Positions 1 through 9,771 of a stretch of 64,000 bases of DNA are shown here, one piece after another. Each line of letters starts with the position of its first letter. The stretch's first letter is position 1. Source of the DNA: a virus. The stretch covers positions 15,814 to 79,813 of the IMG/VR virus record IMGVR_UViG_3300021093_000041; one strand, given 5' to 3'. The translations under genes were made by a program, and so were the position numbers. The notes below the pieces were generated by a model. It did no database searches and was not told the DNA's origin. It saw nothing but the letters and a program-made list of their open reading frames with translations.

Positions 1-867
1 AAAGATACACCAGTAATTTATAACGATACAGATTCATCTTATATATCAATTAGACATCTTATTGATAAATTAAATATCCCATTTATCGATAAAGATGGTA
101 ATGTTAGTCAGCAAGTGTATAGTATTGAGAATGAACTTGTTACGTTTCTTAACAAGGAAATTACAAAGTGGGGTTTAAGTGAATTAAACAGTAAAGACTG
201 TAGATTTTCATTTAAACGTGAATGTATAGGTGATGTCGGTGTTTTTCTACAAAAGAAAAGATATGTATTACATGTTCTTGACGAAGAAGGTGTAAAGAAA
301 GCTAAAACAAAATATGTAGGCGTTGAGGTAGTACGCACTTCAATACCTACTGCACTTAAACCTTTACTTAAAGAGGTTATGGAAATAATGTTAAGTACGC
401 AAGATTATGCAAAAGCTAATCATGCGCTTAAACATGTATATGATACTTTTAAAACACTACCTATTGAAAATGTAGCAACGGTAATGGGTATGAAAAATTA
501 CGAAAAGTATGCAGCACAGTGTAATGAGTTCACTGTATGTAAAGGTATGCCTATACACTGCAAAGCTGCATATTATTACAATAAAATACTTGAAAGAGAT
601 AAGCTTGATAAAATTTACGAAAAAATAAGCTCAGGGGATAAGGTTAGATTTTTCTATGTTCAAAAACCCAACCAGTTTGGTATTGATGCAATAGCATTTA
701 AATATTCATGGCCTCAAGAACTTTCAAAGTATTTCAAACTTGACTACGATAAGGTTTTTGAAAAAGCAATATTTGCACCAATTGAACGAATGTATGAGGC
801 TGTAGGTTGGAGAGCTCATATACCTAATAAGGCTGTGCAGACAGATTTATTTTCACTCTTAAGTTGA
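1..867 (+). CDS. 43: Family B DNA polymerase, C-terminal part (T4 gp43-like), truncated at the window start
   Basis: Frame 1 is open from nt 1 (KDTPVIYNDTDSSY, PolB motif C), then KKRY, KYVGVEVVRTS, PIHCKAAYYYN, GDKVRF. Confidence 0.95.
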   Translation, partial: KDTPVIYNDTDSSYISIRHLIDKLNIPFIDKDGNVSQQVYSIENELVTFLNKEITKWGLSELNSKDCRFSFKRECIGDVGVFLQKKRYVLHVLDEEGVKKAKTKYVGVEVVRTSIPTALKPLLKEVMEIMLSTQDYAKANHALKHVYDTFKTLPIENVATVMGMKNYEKYAAQCNEFTVCKGMPIHCKAAYYYNKILERDKLDKIYEKISSGDKVRFFYVQKPNQFGIDAIAFKYSWPQELSKYFKLDYDKVFEKAIFAPIERMYEAVGWRAHIPNKAVQTDLFSLLS

Positions 868-899
868 TTTTTATTTATTTCAATTATAATAATAATATT

Positions 900-1256
900 A
901 TGGAAGAACAAATAAGCATATATGTCGATGGTGCTGGTAGATACATACTTGGTATTGAAATTGCTTCAGACAATGACAATACTATACGTGTTAAAAATCC
1001 TGCATTAATTGTAATCAATACCGGTGCAAATGGCCAAATTCAAATTCAAACAATACCTTTTTTCTTTAGAGAGTTAACCGCACCGGGTTGCGACCGGTGT
1101 ATTTGGGACTTTCCAAAGAATAATTGTGCTAAAGCAACTTCAATTGAATTGAGTGAACAGCTTAAAAAGCAGTATTATAATGCTGTAAACCCACCACAAG
1201 CACAAGTGCAACAAGCTAGCGAGCAAATAAAGGTTGTCAAACTTTTTGATGAGTAA
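900..1256 (+). CDS. Hypothetical protein between pol and uvsX (possible small beta-barrel)
   Basis: ORF; ATG at 900 preferred over TTG 864 because it follows TTGATT(864)/TATAAT(885). Confidence 0.6.
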   Translation: MEEQISIYVDGAGRYILGIEIASDNDNTIRVKNPALIVINTGANGQIQIQTIPFFFRELTAPGCDRCIWDFPKNNCAKATSIELSEQLKKQYYNAVNPPQAQVQQASEQIKVVKLFDE

Positions 1257-1258
1257 AT

Positions 1259-2359
1259 ATGGGAACTAAAGAAATAGATATTAACGACGTTTTTGAACGT
1301 CTTGATAAACTCAACCCTGAAGCTACTTTTCTTAGTGAAAGTGCTTTATCAAACGTAGATACCTGGTATGATACTGGTTGCTACGCTCTAAATGCCATTG
1401 TTAGTGGTAAAATACGCAATGGTGGTGTACCTAAAGGTCGTATCGTAGGGTTTTCTGGAGAATCTGGTGTTGGTAAAACCTTTATTATTAATAAAATTCT
1501 TGGTATTGCACAAAATAAACTCGGTTTGATACCAGTTATTTTTGATACTGAGTTCGCTGTCGATAAAGAAAGTGCTATCAATGTTGGGGTTAACCCTGAA
1601 AAGACCAAATATGTTCCAGTCTATACTGTTGAGCAATGCAGGAATCAACTATCTACATTTTTAGATAGTGTGGTTGAAAAAGGTCTTCAAGGTAGGTTTA
1701 TTGTAAGTGTTGACTCACTTGGTAACCTTGCATCTCAAAAAGAAATTGATGATGTTGAAAAGGATAAATCTGCTGCTGATATGGGTCTTCGTGCTAAGAC
1801 GCTGAAAGCTATGATGCGCCTTATTACCTACAAGGCTGCTGCTGCAGGCACCACTATATTGTTTAGTAACCATGTTTATGGTGATCCTACTGCAATGTAC
1901 CCATCTTTGGTAAAGAACCAGGCTGGTGGTAGTGGTCCTACATATCTTGCAAGTGTTCTATGTCAAATAGCTGCTTCTAATGAAAAGCAAGATGAAAATA
2001 ACGAGAATGATGAAATGCTTACAGAAGCACGTAATTACTCTGGTAAAACTTTACGGTTTTTAACTGTAAAAAATCGTTTTATACCTCAGTATTTACAGGC
2101 TGAAATTTATCTTAATTTTAAGACAGGTTTAGATAAATACAGTGGTTTGAGGGATATGGCTGTAAATCACGGTGTTCTTATATCCAATGGGCCCACATTT
2201 CAGATTGGAATAACATCTGAAGATGGTAAGTATAAACAAGGTGATAAGATTGGGTATTACAAAAATTGGTCTAAAGATATCGATTTTTGGGAGAACTACA
2301 TTATACCTGAACTCGATAAAAAATTAGCAGTGGCTTATAGGTATGGTGTAAGTAAATAA
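1259..2359 (+). CDS. uvsX: RecA-like recombinase UvsX
   Basis: DTGCYALNAIVSG, Walker A GESGVGKT, IFDTEFA, VDSLGNL, DMGLRAK, KNRF. Confidence 0.93.
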   Translation: MGTKEIDINDVFERLDKLNPEATFLSESALSNVDTWYDTGCYALNAIVSGKIRNGGVPKGRIVGFSGESGVGKTFIINKILGIAQNKLGLIPVIFDTEFAVDKESAINVGVNPEKTKYVPVYTVEQCRNQLSTFLDSVVEKGLQGRFIVSVDSLGNLASQKEIDDVEKDKSAADMGLRAKTLKAMMRLITYKAAAAGTTILFSNHVYGDPTAMYPSLVKNQAGGSGPTYLASVLCQIAASNEKQDENNENDEMLTEARNYSGKTLRFLTVKNRFIPQYLQAEIYLNFKTGLDKYSGLRDMAVNHGVLISNGPTFQIGITSEDGKYKQGDKIGYYKNWSKDIDFWENYIIPELDKKLAVAYRYGVSK

Positions 2360-2363
2360 GTAC

Positions 2364-3935
2364 ATGGCTAATATTGGATTTTACGGCTCACATAACGGTG
2401 GTATTGCAGTTGAACAGAACGGTAAATATACTGTTGTTGAGTTTGAAAGATTATTTAACGGTAAAAATTTAGGTCTAGCACAATATAAAGTTGCTAGGAA
2501 TAGAGAGTTGGGTTTAAAGACGGCTCTTTTATATTTACAAAATAATCTTGGTATTGAGTTTCCTGTAGATGTAATGGTTCATAGTAACTCTGAAGTTACA
2601 CACAATGATATAGTAACAAGCTACAAGGATTTTATACCAGCTACAAAATTAGTAAGAACTTGGCACCACCGTGCCCATGCAGCCTCATCGTATTACCAGT
2701 CTAATTTTGATGAGGCTGTTATTATTTCATATGATGGTGGTGGTGATGATGGGTTTTTTAACGTATTTACAGCAAATAGAAAAGACGGTTTATCACATAT
2801 AGGAAGTCACCATGTTGATATGGGGTTCCCGTACATGATAATAGCTCATTATCTTGAACCGATAAAGCAAGAATGGATAGGTGATGGTAATTTAGTGTAT
2901 GGTGGTAAGATAATGGGTCTATGTAATTATGGTCAATCAATACCTGCATGGGAAAAACCTATGCGCAAATTCTATATGTCAGCTCCATGTGGTGAAACTT
3001 ATATAGAAAAAGTAAAAATATTAAGTGCTGAGATAGGTGTACCGTTCAACGAGGGTTTGAGACTCACAGGTGAGATTGCATATAATTTAGCGGCTACGTC
3101 GCAAAAAGTTTTTGAAGATATTTTCTTTGAAATAGCGTCACCTTATTTCATTAGATGTAATTATCCAATTATATTAACAGGTGGATGCGCTTTGAATATT
3201 TTAGTAAATCAAAAGGTTAAGGAAAAATACCCTAACCGTAAAATATTTGTAGCACCCAATAGTAATGATTGCGGTATTGCGTTAGGGTTTTTACTTGATT
3301 ACATGAAACCTAAGGACCCTGTAGATGTAACTTATGGGGGACCTGAAGTTTTTGATAGAAATACACTTTCTGATATATACGAATCACGGTATAGTTTTAA
3401 AATAACACCTGCAAAAGCAGCTTCTTTATTTGCTGATGGTAAAATAGTGGGTGTAGTACAAGGTGGTTGTGAACACGGACCTAGAGCATTAGGTCATAGA
3501 AGTATTATGTGTAACCCTTCGTTTCCTCAAATGAAGGATATATTAAATGCAAAAGTAAAAAATAGAGAATGGTATAGACCTTTTGCACCTGTTGTAAGAC
3601 TTGAAGAAGTTTCGACGTATTTTGAATGGGAAGGTGAGTGTAGGCATATGTTATTTTGTCCTAAAGTTAAACCTGAATGGAGAGATAAATTATCATCTAT
3701 CACCCACGTTGATGGTACTGCAAGAGTTCAAACAATTACCCGTGAACAAAATGAATGGTTGTATGATGTTTTAACAGAGTTAAAAAAGCTTGTAGGTCAC
3801 GGGGTGCTGTTGAATACATCATTTAATGTTGCAGGCAAACCAATATTAAACACATACCGAGATGCACTCGTTGTTTTAGATAAGACGCAAATGGACTTTT
3901 TAATATTGGAAGATATTCTTGTACATAAGTCTTGA
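2364..3935 (+). CDS. O-carbamoyltransferase (CmcH/NodU/TobZ family)
   Basis: HHRAHAASSYY, DGGGD, GKIMGL, GGCALN, NDCGIALG, EHGPRALGHRS, KNREWYRPFAP, HVDGTARVQT, LNTSFN. Confidence 0.93.
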   Translation: MANIGFYGSHNGGIAVEQNGKYTVVEFERLFNGKNLGLAQYKVARNRELGLKTALLYLQNNLGIEFPVDVMVHSNSEVTHNDIVTSYKDFIPATKLVRTWHHRAHAASSYYQSNFDEAVIISYDGGGDDGFFNVFTANRKDGLSHIGSHHVDMGFPYMIIAHYLEPIKQEWIGDGNLVYGGKIMGLCNYGQSIPAWEKPMRKFYMSAPCGETYIEKVKILSAEIGVPFNEGLRLTGEIAYNLAATSQKVFEDIFFEIASPYFIRCNYPIILTGGCALNILVNQKVKEKYPNRKIFVAPNSNDCGIALGFLLDYMKPKDPVDVTYGGPEVFDRNTLSDIYESRYSFKITPAKAASLFADGKIVGVVQGGCEHGPRALGHRSIMCNPSFPQMKDILNAKVKNREWYRPFAPVVRLEEVSTYFEWEGECRHMLFCPKVKPEWRDKLSSITHVDGTARVQTITREQNEWLYDVLTELKKLVGHGVLLNTSFNVAGKPILNTYRDALVVLDKTQMDFLILEDILVHKS

Positions 3936-3959
3936 TTTATATTTGAGAATTTTTATAAT
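3932..3959 (+). promoter_or_regulatory. Sigma70-like promoter of queC, representative of about ten similar sites
   Basis: TTGATT(3932-3937)-16 nt-TATAAT(3954-3959), with ATG 6 nt downstream. Confidence 0.65.
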
Positions 3960-3965
3960 AAAAAT

Positions 3966-4706
3966 ATGACCAACAATGGTGTTGTATTAGGTGTAAGTGG
4001 TGGTATGGACTCTTCTGTACTACTTCACAAAACGTTAGAATATTTTGATAATATACATGCAGTGTTTTTTGACTATGGTCAAAGACATATTATAGAAAAG
4101 ACTTGCGCTGAAATGCAAATTAATCACGTTAGGTCAAAATTGAAACCTAACCAAACGTTACAATTTAAAACAATTGATGTGAGATTTATTAGAGAAATTG
4201 CTCCAACGAGTTCGTTAACTAATAATAAAATTGCTACACCTAATGTTAAAAATGTAATGGGAGAGGCTCAACCATTAAGTTACGTACCAAACCGCAACTT
4301 GATGTTTTTAAGTATTTTAGCCTCATTAGCTGAAGCAAATAACATAACATCAATATGGCATGGGTCTGCTCAAGCTGATACACTTGCAGGTTATTGGGAT
4401 TCAAGTAGCGAATTTAGAAATAATTTAAATAACCTACTTTCATTAAATAGAACAATACGAATAACGGTAGATACACCTCTTATATTAATGAGTAAAAAAG
4501 ACATTGTACTTGAAGGTGTGCGGTTAGGTGTTAATTTCGGTAATACATACACTTGTTATAGCGGTGAAATGGTTTCAGATGCTGAAAGTGTAAGTAGTAG
4601 TTTGCGTATTAAAGGGTTTATCGATGCAGGTTATATAGACCCACTTGCTTATAAGCAAGATTTATCCCTAATATGGGAAAAATATAACTGTAAACGTATA
4701 GATTAA
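3966..4706 (+). CDS. queC: 7-cyano-7-deazaguanine synthase QueC (atypical Zn site)
   Basis: PP-loop SGGMDS, FDYGQRH, SYVPNRNLMFLS, TPLILMSKKDIV, TYTCY. Confidence 0.9.
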   Translation: MTNNGVVLGVSGGMDSSVLLHKTLEYFDNIHAVFFDYGQRHIIEKTCAEMQINHVRSKLKPNQTLQFKTIDVRFIREIAPTSSLTNNKIATPNVKNVMGEAQPLSYVPNRNLMFLSILASLAEANNITSIWHGSAQADTLAGYWDSSSEFRNNLNNLLSLNRTIRITVDTPLILMSKKDIVLEGVRLGVNFGNTYTCYSGEMVSDAESVSSSLRIKGFIDAGYIDPLAYKQDLSLIWEKYNCKRID

Positions 4707-5764
4707 AGTTCGTCGGGTGATACTGGTTCGTCTTCATCAGATATTTCAGTATCAGTCTCTTCAATTTCTTTTTCTCTAGCTTTTTCTTCAGCTTCGTACT
4801 TTTGTTTTTCTTCTGCACGTTGACGTCTGAGTTCAAGCATTTTATTGACAAATTCTTTACGTTTTTCTTCTTCACTCTTACCTGAAGGTAAGAATTTTTT
4901 AAGTGGTAAGAACATTTTTAATGTAGATTCTAAATCTTCGTCAGGTTGTTCTTTTGGTTCTTTACCGCCTAATTTTAACTCTTTAGGTGCTTTAGGTATA
5001 TCATCTTCACTTTCGTCGTCGTTAGATAAGCTAATATCTTTAGTTAGTTCAGGGTCATATTCCATTTCACCGCTTTGTTCATCTGGTATACTAATTTCAC
5101 CGGGTATTTCTTTTGGGGTTTCTTCACCTGAAAAATATAACTTTAATATATCTAATAATGCTAAACTTGCAACTTTATTTTTTGCATAAACTTCATTAAC
5201 ACCTTTATCTATTAAAAAATTGACAATTTCTTTACCGGTGGCAGGTGTATCCTCTACATACTGCAAGATATCTTGCGTCATCGCATCTAGCGGAGCTTGT
5301 TCATACTTGTCACCAAGTGTTAACGTAGTGTTAAAGTTAAACGCTCCTACATCCTCTATAGGTTTACTTCCAATATCTATATCAACATCTTCATCAGGCT
5401 CAGCATCTTCATCGGGTTCCTGTTGACCAGTTAATTGATTTTGTAAATCTGCAATTTTTTGTCTCAATTGATCTTCAACACTACCACTTGCTACATATGG
5501 TTCTTCTGTTGTTGGCTCATCTATTGTTGGTTCATCTGAAATTGGTTCGTTTTCTGATTCAGAAGCTGCATTTATTGCTGCACGTTTAAGTCTTTGCATC
5601 ATTTCATAATATGATTCTAAACGTTGTTCCCCTGTTTTAGGGTCGGTTATCATCTGTTTGACACGTTCACCATATTGTTTCTTTCTACCCCTAGCTTCAT
5701 TAATAGCATTATTAATAGCATGAAAATAACTTTCAAAAATTAAATTATCATCGGAATGAAGCAT
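4703..5764 (-). CDS. Acidic hypothetical late protein, possible internal head protein
   Basis: E/D/P-rich ORF; N-terminal DDNLIFESY...INEA; TAAATA 5 nt upstream of ATG. Confidence 0.6.
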   Translation of the reverse strand: MLHSDDNLIFESYFHAINNAINEARGRKKQYGERVKQMITDPKTGEQRLESYYEMMQRLKRAAINAASESENEPISDEPTIDEPTTEEPYVASGSVEDQLRQKIADLQNQLTGQQEPDEDAEPDEDVDIDIGSKPIEDVGAFNFNTTLTLGDKYEQAPLDAMTQDILQYVEDTPATGKEIVNFLIDKGVNEVYAKNKVASLALLDILKLYFSGEETPKEIPGEISIPDEQSGEMEYDPELTKDISLSNDDESEDDIPKAPKELKLGGKEPKEQPDEDLESTLKMFLPLKKFLPSGKSEEEKRKEFVNKMLELRRQRAEEKQKYEAEEKAREKEIEETDTEISDEDEPVSPDEL

Positions 5765-5818
5765 AAAATTATTTATTGTTTTGTAGTAATTTAATGGTTA
5801 AATAACTATAATAAAAGT

Positions 5819-6490
5819 ATGTGCGCAATATTTGGATCGTATAATTTATCACATTTTGTTAGACTTTATTTAACAAATAAATTTAGAGGTAATGTTTCGT
5901 TTGGGATAGCTGTGTTATCTAGTGAAACAAATAGATGGGAAATACATAGAACTACAGATTCTGAACAAACACTTAGAATTTTAGAAAAATATGGTCAAAA
6001 TACCAGATATTACCTCGGTCATATACAAGCTCCTACAGGTTCAGATAGGAATATTAATGAAAATACAATCCATCCTTTTAGCTATAATAATATACATGTA
6101 GCACATAACGGTATATTAACCAATTATGAAGATTTGAAGCGTGAATTTAATTGCAATAATATAGATAGTAATGTAGATAGTTCTATTATACCGTATATTA
6201 TAAATTACTATAAAAGCTTAGGCAAAACAACGCAAGAAGCTATAATTGAAACTTGTAATAAATTAAAAGGTACATTTAGTTTATGGATTATTGATGAAAA
6301 TAATGATTTATATATTTGTAGGTTAAGTAGCACTTTATTTCACGAAGAAAATTGGTTTTCTTCTGTAAAGTACATGCTCATGGTACCGGTACCAGAAAGA
6401 ACTTTGTTTAAACTTGATTTAAACAATAATACCTTTTATAATGTAGGGACGTTTGCCGCTGATTCTCATTTCTTTACTCTCGGATCATGA
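5819..6490 (+). CDS. Class II (Ntn) glutamine amidotransferase
   Basis: N-terminal MCAIFG (Cys2 nucleophile), RG, GHIQAPT, HPF, AHNGILTN, VDS. Confidence 0.85.
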   Translation: MCAIFGSYNLSHFVRLYLTNKFRGNVSFGIAVLSSETNRWEIHRTTDSEQTLRILEKYGQNTRYYLGHIQAPTGSDRNINENTIHPFSYNNIHVAHNGILTNYEDLKREFNCNNIDSNVDSSIIPYIINYYKSLGKTTQEAIIETCNKLKGTFSLWIIDENNDLYICRLSSTLFHEENWFSSVKYMLMVPVPERTLFKLDLNNNTFYNVGTFAADSHFFTLGS

Positions 6491-7821
6491 AAAATTTATC
6501 GTTAGATTTAGATATTTTTGAAACAACCATATTTTATAAATCATTTACCGATCAAAAATACCTTGCTTCAATTGTAGACTATATTAGACCTCATTACTTC
6601 AAAGATAAAGATTTTAAAAACGTTTTCACCATAATAAAAATCTTTTTTGAAAAAAGAAATACGTTACCTTCAAAAACTGAAATTTTAAACTATTGTAACA
6701 CATCAGAATATAAAGATAGTTTAAAAAATGCACTTAATAAAATTCAAAAAGTCGATAAAAACTTTAACGAAGATGACTTGTACGCAAGTACTGAGCAATT
6801 TTTAAAGGAAAAGGCTGTATTCCATACAATGATGGATGTGGTGGATAAGGTAACTAATAACACGGTAAATACAGCAGAGATATTAGAAAAATTTGAGGAG
6901 AGTTGCAGTATAAATCTAACCCAGACTTTAGGTATTGATCTCTTCAAAGACATTGGTACAGTAATAAATGATCTTGAAACCATACAACCTGTGATTTCAA
7001 CGGGTTGGAAATGGTTAGATGAAAGATTAGACGGGGGATGGTTGGCTTCAGGTAGAGCTTTATATTTGTTTGCAGGTGAAACTAATGTTGGTAAATCTAT
7101 TTTTCTAGGTAACGTAGCAACAAACATAGCCAAACAAGGTAAAACAGTAATTATCATTTCACTTGAAATGAGTGAAATGATTTATGCACGAAGACTTGCA
7201 TCAAGCATTACCAGTATACCGTTATCTAATCTACGCCATGAAACAGGTTTGTTGAGAGGTAACGTTGAATTGTTTTTCGAAAAATACCCAGGTGGTAAAA
7301 TACTTATTAAGGAATTTCCACCTAGTACTATAACACCTATACAATTATCAGCTTTTCTTAAAAAGTTACAATCGCAAGGTATTGCTTTTGATGCGGTTGT
7401 TTTAGATTATCTTAACTTACTACATTCACCGATAGGTTCAAATAGCAACGAACGTGGTAAATATATAACCGAACAGGTACGTGCATTTACTTATATGTTT
7501 AATGCGCCGTTTATATCTGCTACTCAGTTAAATCGTACAGGTTATAATGTTTCAAACCCAGGTGTTGAAACTATCGGTGAGAGTTTAGCAATGGCACAAG
7601 CGGTTGATGCAATGATGAGTATTTGGCAAGAAGAAGACGATAGATCTCTAAACATAATACGATTAGGTATGATGAAAAACCGATTTGGATCTAACACCGG
7701 TTGTACTCAATTACAAATTAATTACCCTACATTAACTATTACCGAGGAAGATATACCACAATTAGAATCAGTAGCAGCTACAGCTATTAACGCTCTTGAC
7801 TTGTTAGGTGATAATAGTTGA
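6487..7821 (+). CDS. 41: Replicative DnaB-like helicase (T4 gp41)
   Basis: STGWKWLDERLDGG, GETNVGKS, ISLEMSE, IKEFPP, LDYLNL, SATQLNR, KNRFG. Confidence 0.93.
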   Translation: MKNLSLDLDIFETTIFYKSFTDQKYLASIVDYIRPHYFKDKDFKNVFTIIKIFFEKRNTLPSKTEILNYCNTSEYKDSLKNALNKIQKVDKNFNEDDLYASTEQFLKEKAVFHTMMDVVDKVTNNTVNTAEILEKFEESCSINLTQTLGIDLFKDIGTVINDLETIQPVISTGWKWLDERLDGGWLASGRALYLFAGETNVGKSIFLGNVATNIAKQGKTVIIISLEMSEMIYARRLASSITSIPLSNLRHETGLLRGNVELFFEKYPGGKILIKEFPPSTITPIQLSAFLKKLQSQGIAFDAVVLDYLNLLHSPIGSNSNERGKYITEQVRAFTYMFNAPFISATQLNRTGYNVSNPGVETIGESLAMAQAVDAMMSIWQEEDDRSLNIIRLGMMKNRFGSNTGCTQLQINYPTLTITEEDIPQLESVAATAINALDLLGDNS

Positions 7822-7848
7822 TATCAATAAAAACGTATTTAATTATTT

Positions 7849-8736
7849 ATGATGGATAAGTATTTCGTTTTCACAGATTGTGATCTCGACGGCGCTTGTA
7901 GCTATTTATGTGTTAAATGGCTACTTGGGTCCACTCCTCTACCATATAAAGCAACAACAGTCAAAAATTTTAGTACCGATTTTAGTGCATGGTTATCTAA
8001 AAATGATATAAATTCATTTAAGAAAATTTTTATATTAGATATTGATGTTTCAAAAAATATAGATCTTGTTGATTACCCTAATGTTATTGTGATTGATCAT
8101 CATCAATCACATAAACCAAATTATAAAAAAGCAGTTAAAATTGTTAAAACACATACAAGTAATGCTGATTTAGTTAAGCAAACATTACTTAAAAATACTA
8201 GTTTAACACCCGAACAACAACATTTAATTGCATTAGTTGACGACTATGATAGTTACACCCTTAAAAATCAAGAATCATTACTTTTAAATTTTCTTTACTG
8301 GCAATATCAAGGGGATAGAGTTAAACAGTTTGTGGTGGATTTTGAAAACGGTTTCAAATTGTTTAACGTTCAGCAAAGAAATATCATTTTATTACAACTT
8401 AAAAAATTACAAGAACATATACAGACAAATCCAATATACTATTATAAAAACGATAGATATTCAATAGCATCCATGTTTGGTGATTTCAGTATTAACGAAC
8501 TCGCTGACCATGTTCTTAAAAAAACGCAATGCGATATAGCGTGTATAGTCAACACTCGTTTAAAGCGTATATATTTTAGACGTAAAAAAACATCTAATGT
8601 ATCACTTTCAACTACCGTTGAAGAAGTAACGGGTGAGAAAGGAGAAGGTCACGATAATGCTTGCGGAGGTACCATAACAGAAAAGTTCTTAGAGTACACC
8701 AAGTTGTTATCGGTGTATGAAAAAGACAAATACTAA
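7849..8736 (+). CDS. DHH-family phosphoesterase
   Basis: TDCDLDG, ILDID, VIDHH, DDYD, C-terminal GEGHDNACG. Confidence 0.82.
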   Translation: MMDKYFVFTDCDLDGACSYLCVKWLLGSTPLPYKATTVKNFSTDFSAWLSKNDINSFKKIFILDIDVSKNIDLVDYPNVIVIDHHQSHKPNYKKAVKIVKTHTSNADLVKQTLLKNTSLTPEQQHLIALVDDYDSYTLKNQESLLLNFLYWQYQGDRVKQFVVDFENGFKLFNVQQRNIILLQLKKLQEHIQTNPIYYYKNDRYSIASMFGDFSINELADHVLKKTQCDIACIVNTRLKRIYFRRKKTSNVSLSTTVEEVTGEKGEGHDNACGGTITEKFLEYTKLLSVYEKDKY

Positions 8737-9031
8737 CCCATCTAATAATCTATCAAATGATGAGATGGAGCATATATTTTTAACGTGTTGTTCATACACT
8801 TATATTTATTTTAATAAAAAAATAAACTTACCCAACATTTTCCTTAAGGTTATAAGCGATAAACATATATGTGAAGTGTTTCTTAAATGTATGGATTTAG
8901 ATACACCTTTCCAAGTAGTGCAATATTTTTTAAATTACGATCCCACATTGTATAAGAGCAAATATATCAATATGTTTTTGAATAATAAAAAAAATAAATT
9001 GATAGTAGATTCGTTTAAATTATCATATTAA
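8717..9031 (+). CDS. Hypothetical protein
   Basis: 104 aa ORF overlapping the upstream gene in an operon. Confidence 0.55.
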   Translation: MKKTNTNPSNNLSNDEMEHIFLTCCSYTYIYFNKKINLPNIFLKVISDKHICEVFLKCMDLDTPFQVVQYFLNYDPTLYKSKYINMFLNNKKNKLIVDSFKLSY

Positions 9032-9032
9032 T

Positions 9033-9668
9033 ATGACAGAGTTTGAAAAAGATATTTACAATAAATATCTTAAAGTATCTCGTCGAAGTTTAGACAAACC
9101 ATATAAAACGAGAGTAAATTTCGAAAATTTTGAAAATGAAGAAAATTACATTTATACAAAAAAGCTTGCAATTTTTTTCACAAAATACAACCATATTAAG
9201 ATTGAAGACTTTTTTCTTGCACCTTACTATATTTATCCAAAATGTGATAAATCGTATGATTTAAAGTTTTATTCATCATATAATGGTGTGAAGGTGTACA
9301 ACCTTTATGAGAAAAAGCTATTAACAATAAACCCCGATACCGATATTGTATTGCAAAGAACAAAAGACGGTATAAAACATATCATGTCTTTTTGTAAAGA
9401 AAATAATTTGAAATACTCTGATTATTTTAATCATATTACCGATAAGGTAAATACATTTTGGGTACATTTAAAGGAAAATAAAATTAGTGTGTATTGTCTT
9501 TTTCTTTGCGATAAAATTGATTTAATCTACAGTAGATGCGATAAGGAAATCATTAATTTTATGTTGGGTAATTTAATGCATGATTTTAATCTTTACAGAT
9601 CCGTTTATTATAACTCTAAAACGACAAAGAAAATAATTTCGGAATTAAAACCTTATTTTTCCATTTGA
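9033..9668 (+). CDS. Probable helicase loader (T4 gp59-like)
   Basis: Size and position directly upstream of gp32; basic/aromatic composition; KISVYCLFLCDKI resembles the gp59 C-terminal segment. Confidence 0.5.
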   Translation: MTEFEKDIYNKYLKVSRRSLDKPYKTRVNFENFENEENYIYTKKLAIFFTKYNHIKIEDFFLAPYYIYPKCDKSYDLKFYSSYNGVKVYNLYEKKLLTINPDTDIVLQRTKDGIKHIMSFCKENNLKYSDYFNHITDKVNTFWVHLKENKISVYCLFLCDKIDLIYSRCDKEIINFMLGNLMHDFNLYRSVYYNSKTTKKIISELKPYFSI

Positions 9669-9697
9669 AATTTTTGGTAAAATATATTAAATATAGA

Positions 9698-9771
9698 TCA
9701 ATACGTGAGTAGCGTATTGAAAAATAACTAATAAACTAATAAACTAAAAAAACTAAAAATAACTAAAATAT
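9698..9771 (+). promoter_or_regulatory. Gene 32 leader: hairpin plus five AACTAA repeats (putative translational autoregulation site)
   Basis: TCAATACG/CGTATTGA 8-bp stem (9698-9720); AACTAA at 9726, 9734, 9742, 9751, 9761. Confidence 0.65.

Noticed and set aside
19-36. Polymerase motif C reads YNDTDS rather than YGDTDS
   Set aside because: Residues before DTDS vary among T4-like polymerases and the catalytic Asp residues are intact; not evidence for modified-base specificity
2364-6490. QueC plus amidotransferase as a QatABCD or type IV CBASS defence system
   Set aside because: No QatA ATPase, TatD nuclease, CD-NTase or TGT nearby; context is a phage replication operon and QueF is present
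9721-9770. AACTAA repeats as a CRISPR array or iteron origin
   Set aside because: Units are 6 nt with 2-4 nt gaps, no spacers or cas genes; better explained as the gene 32 leader
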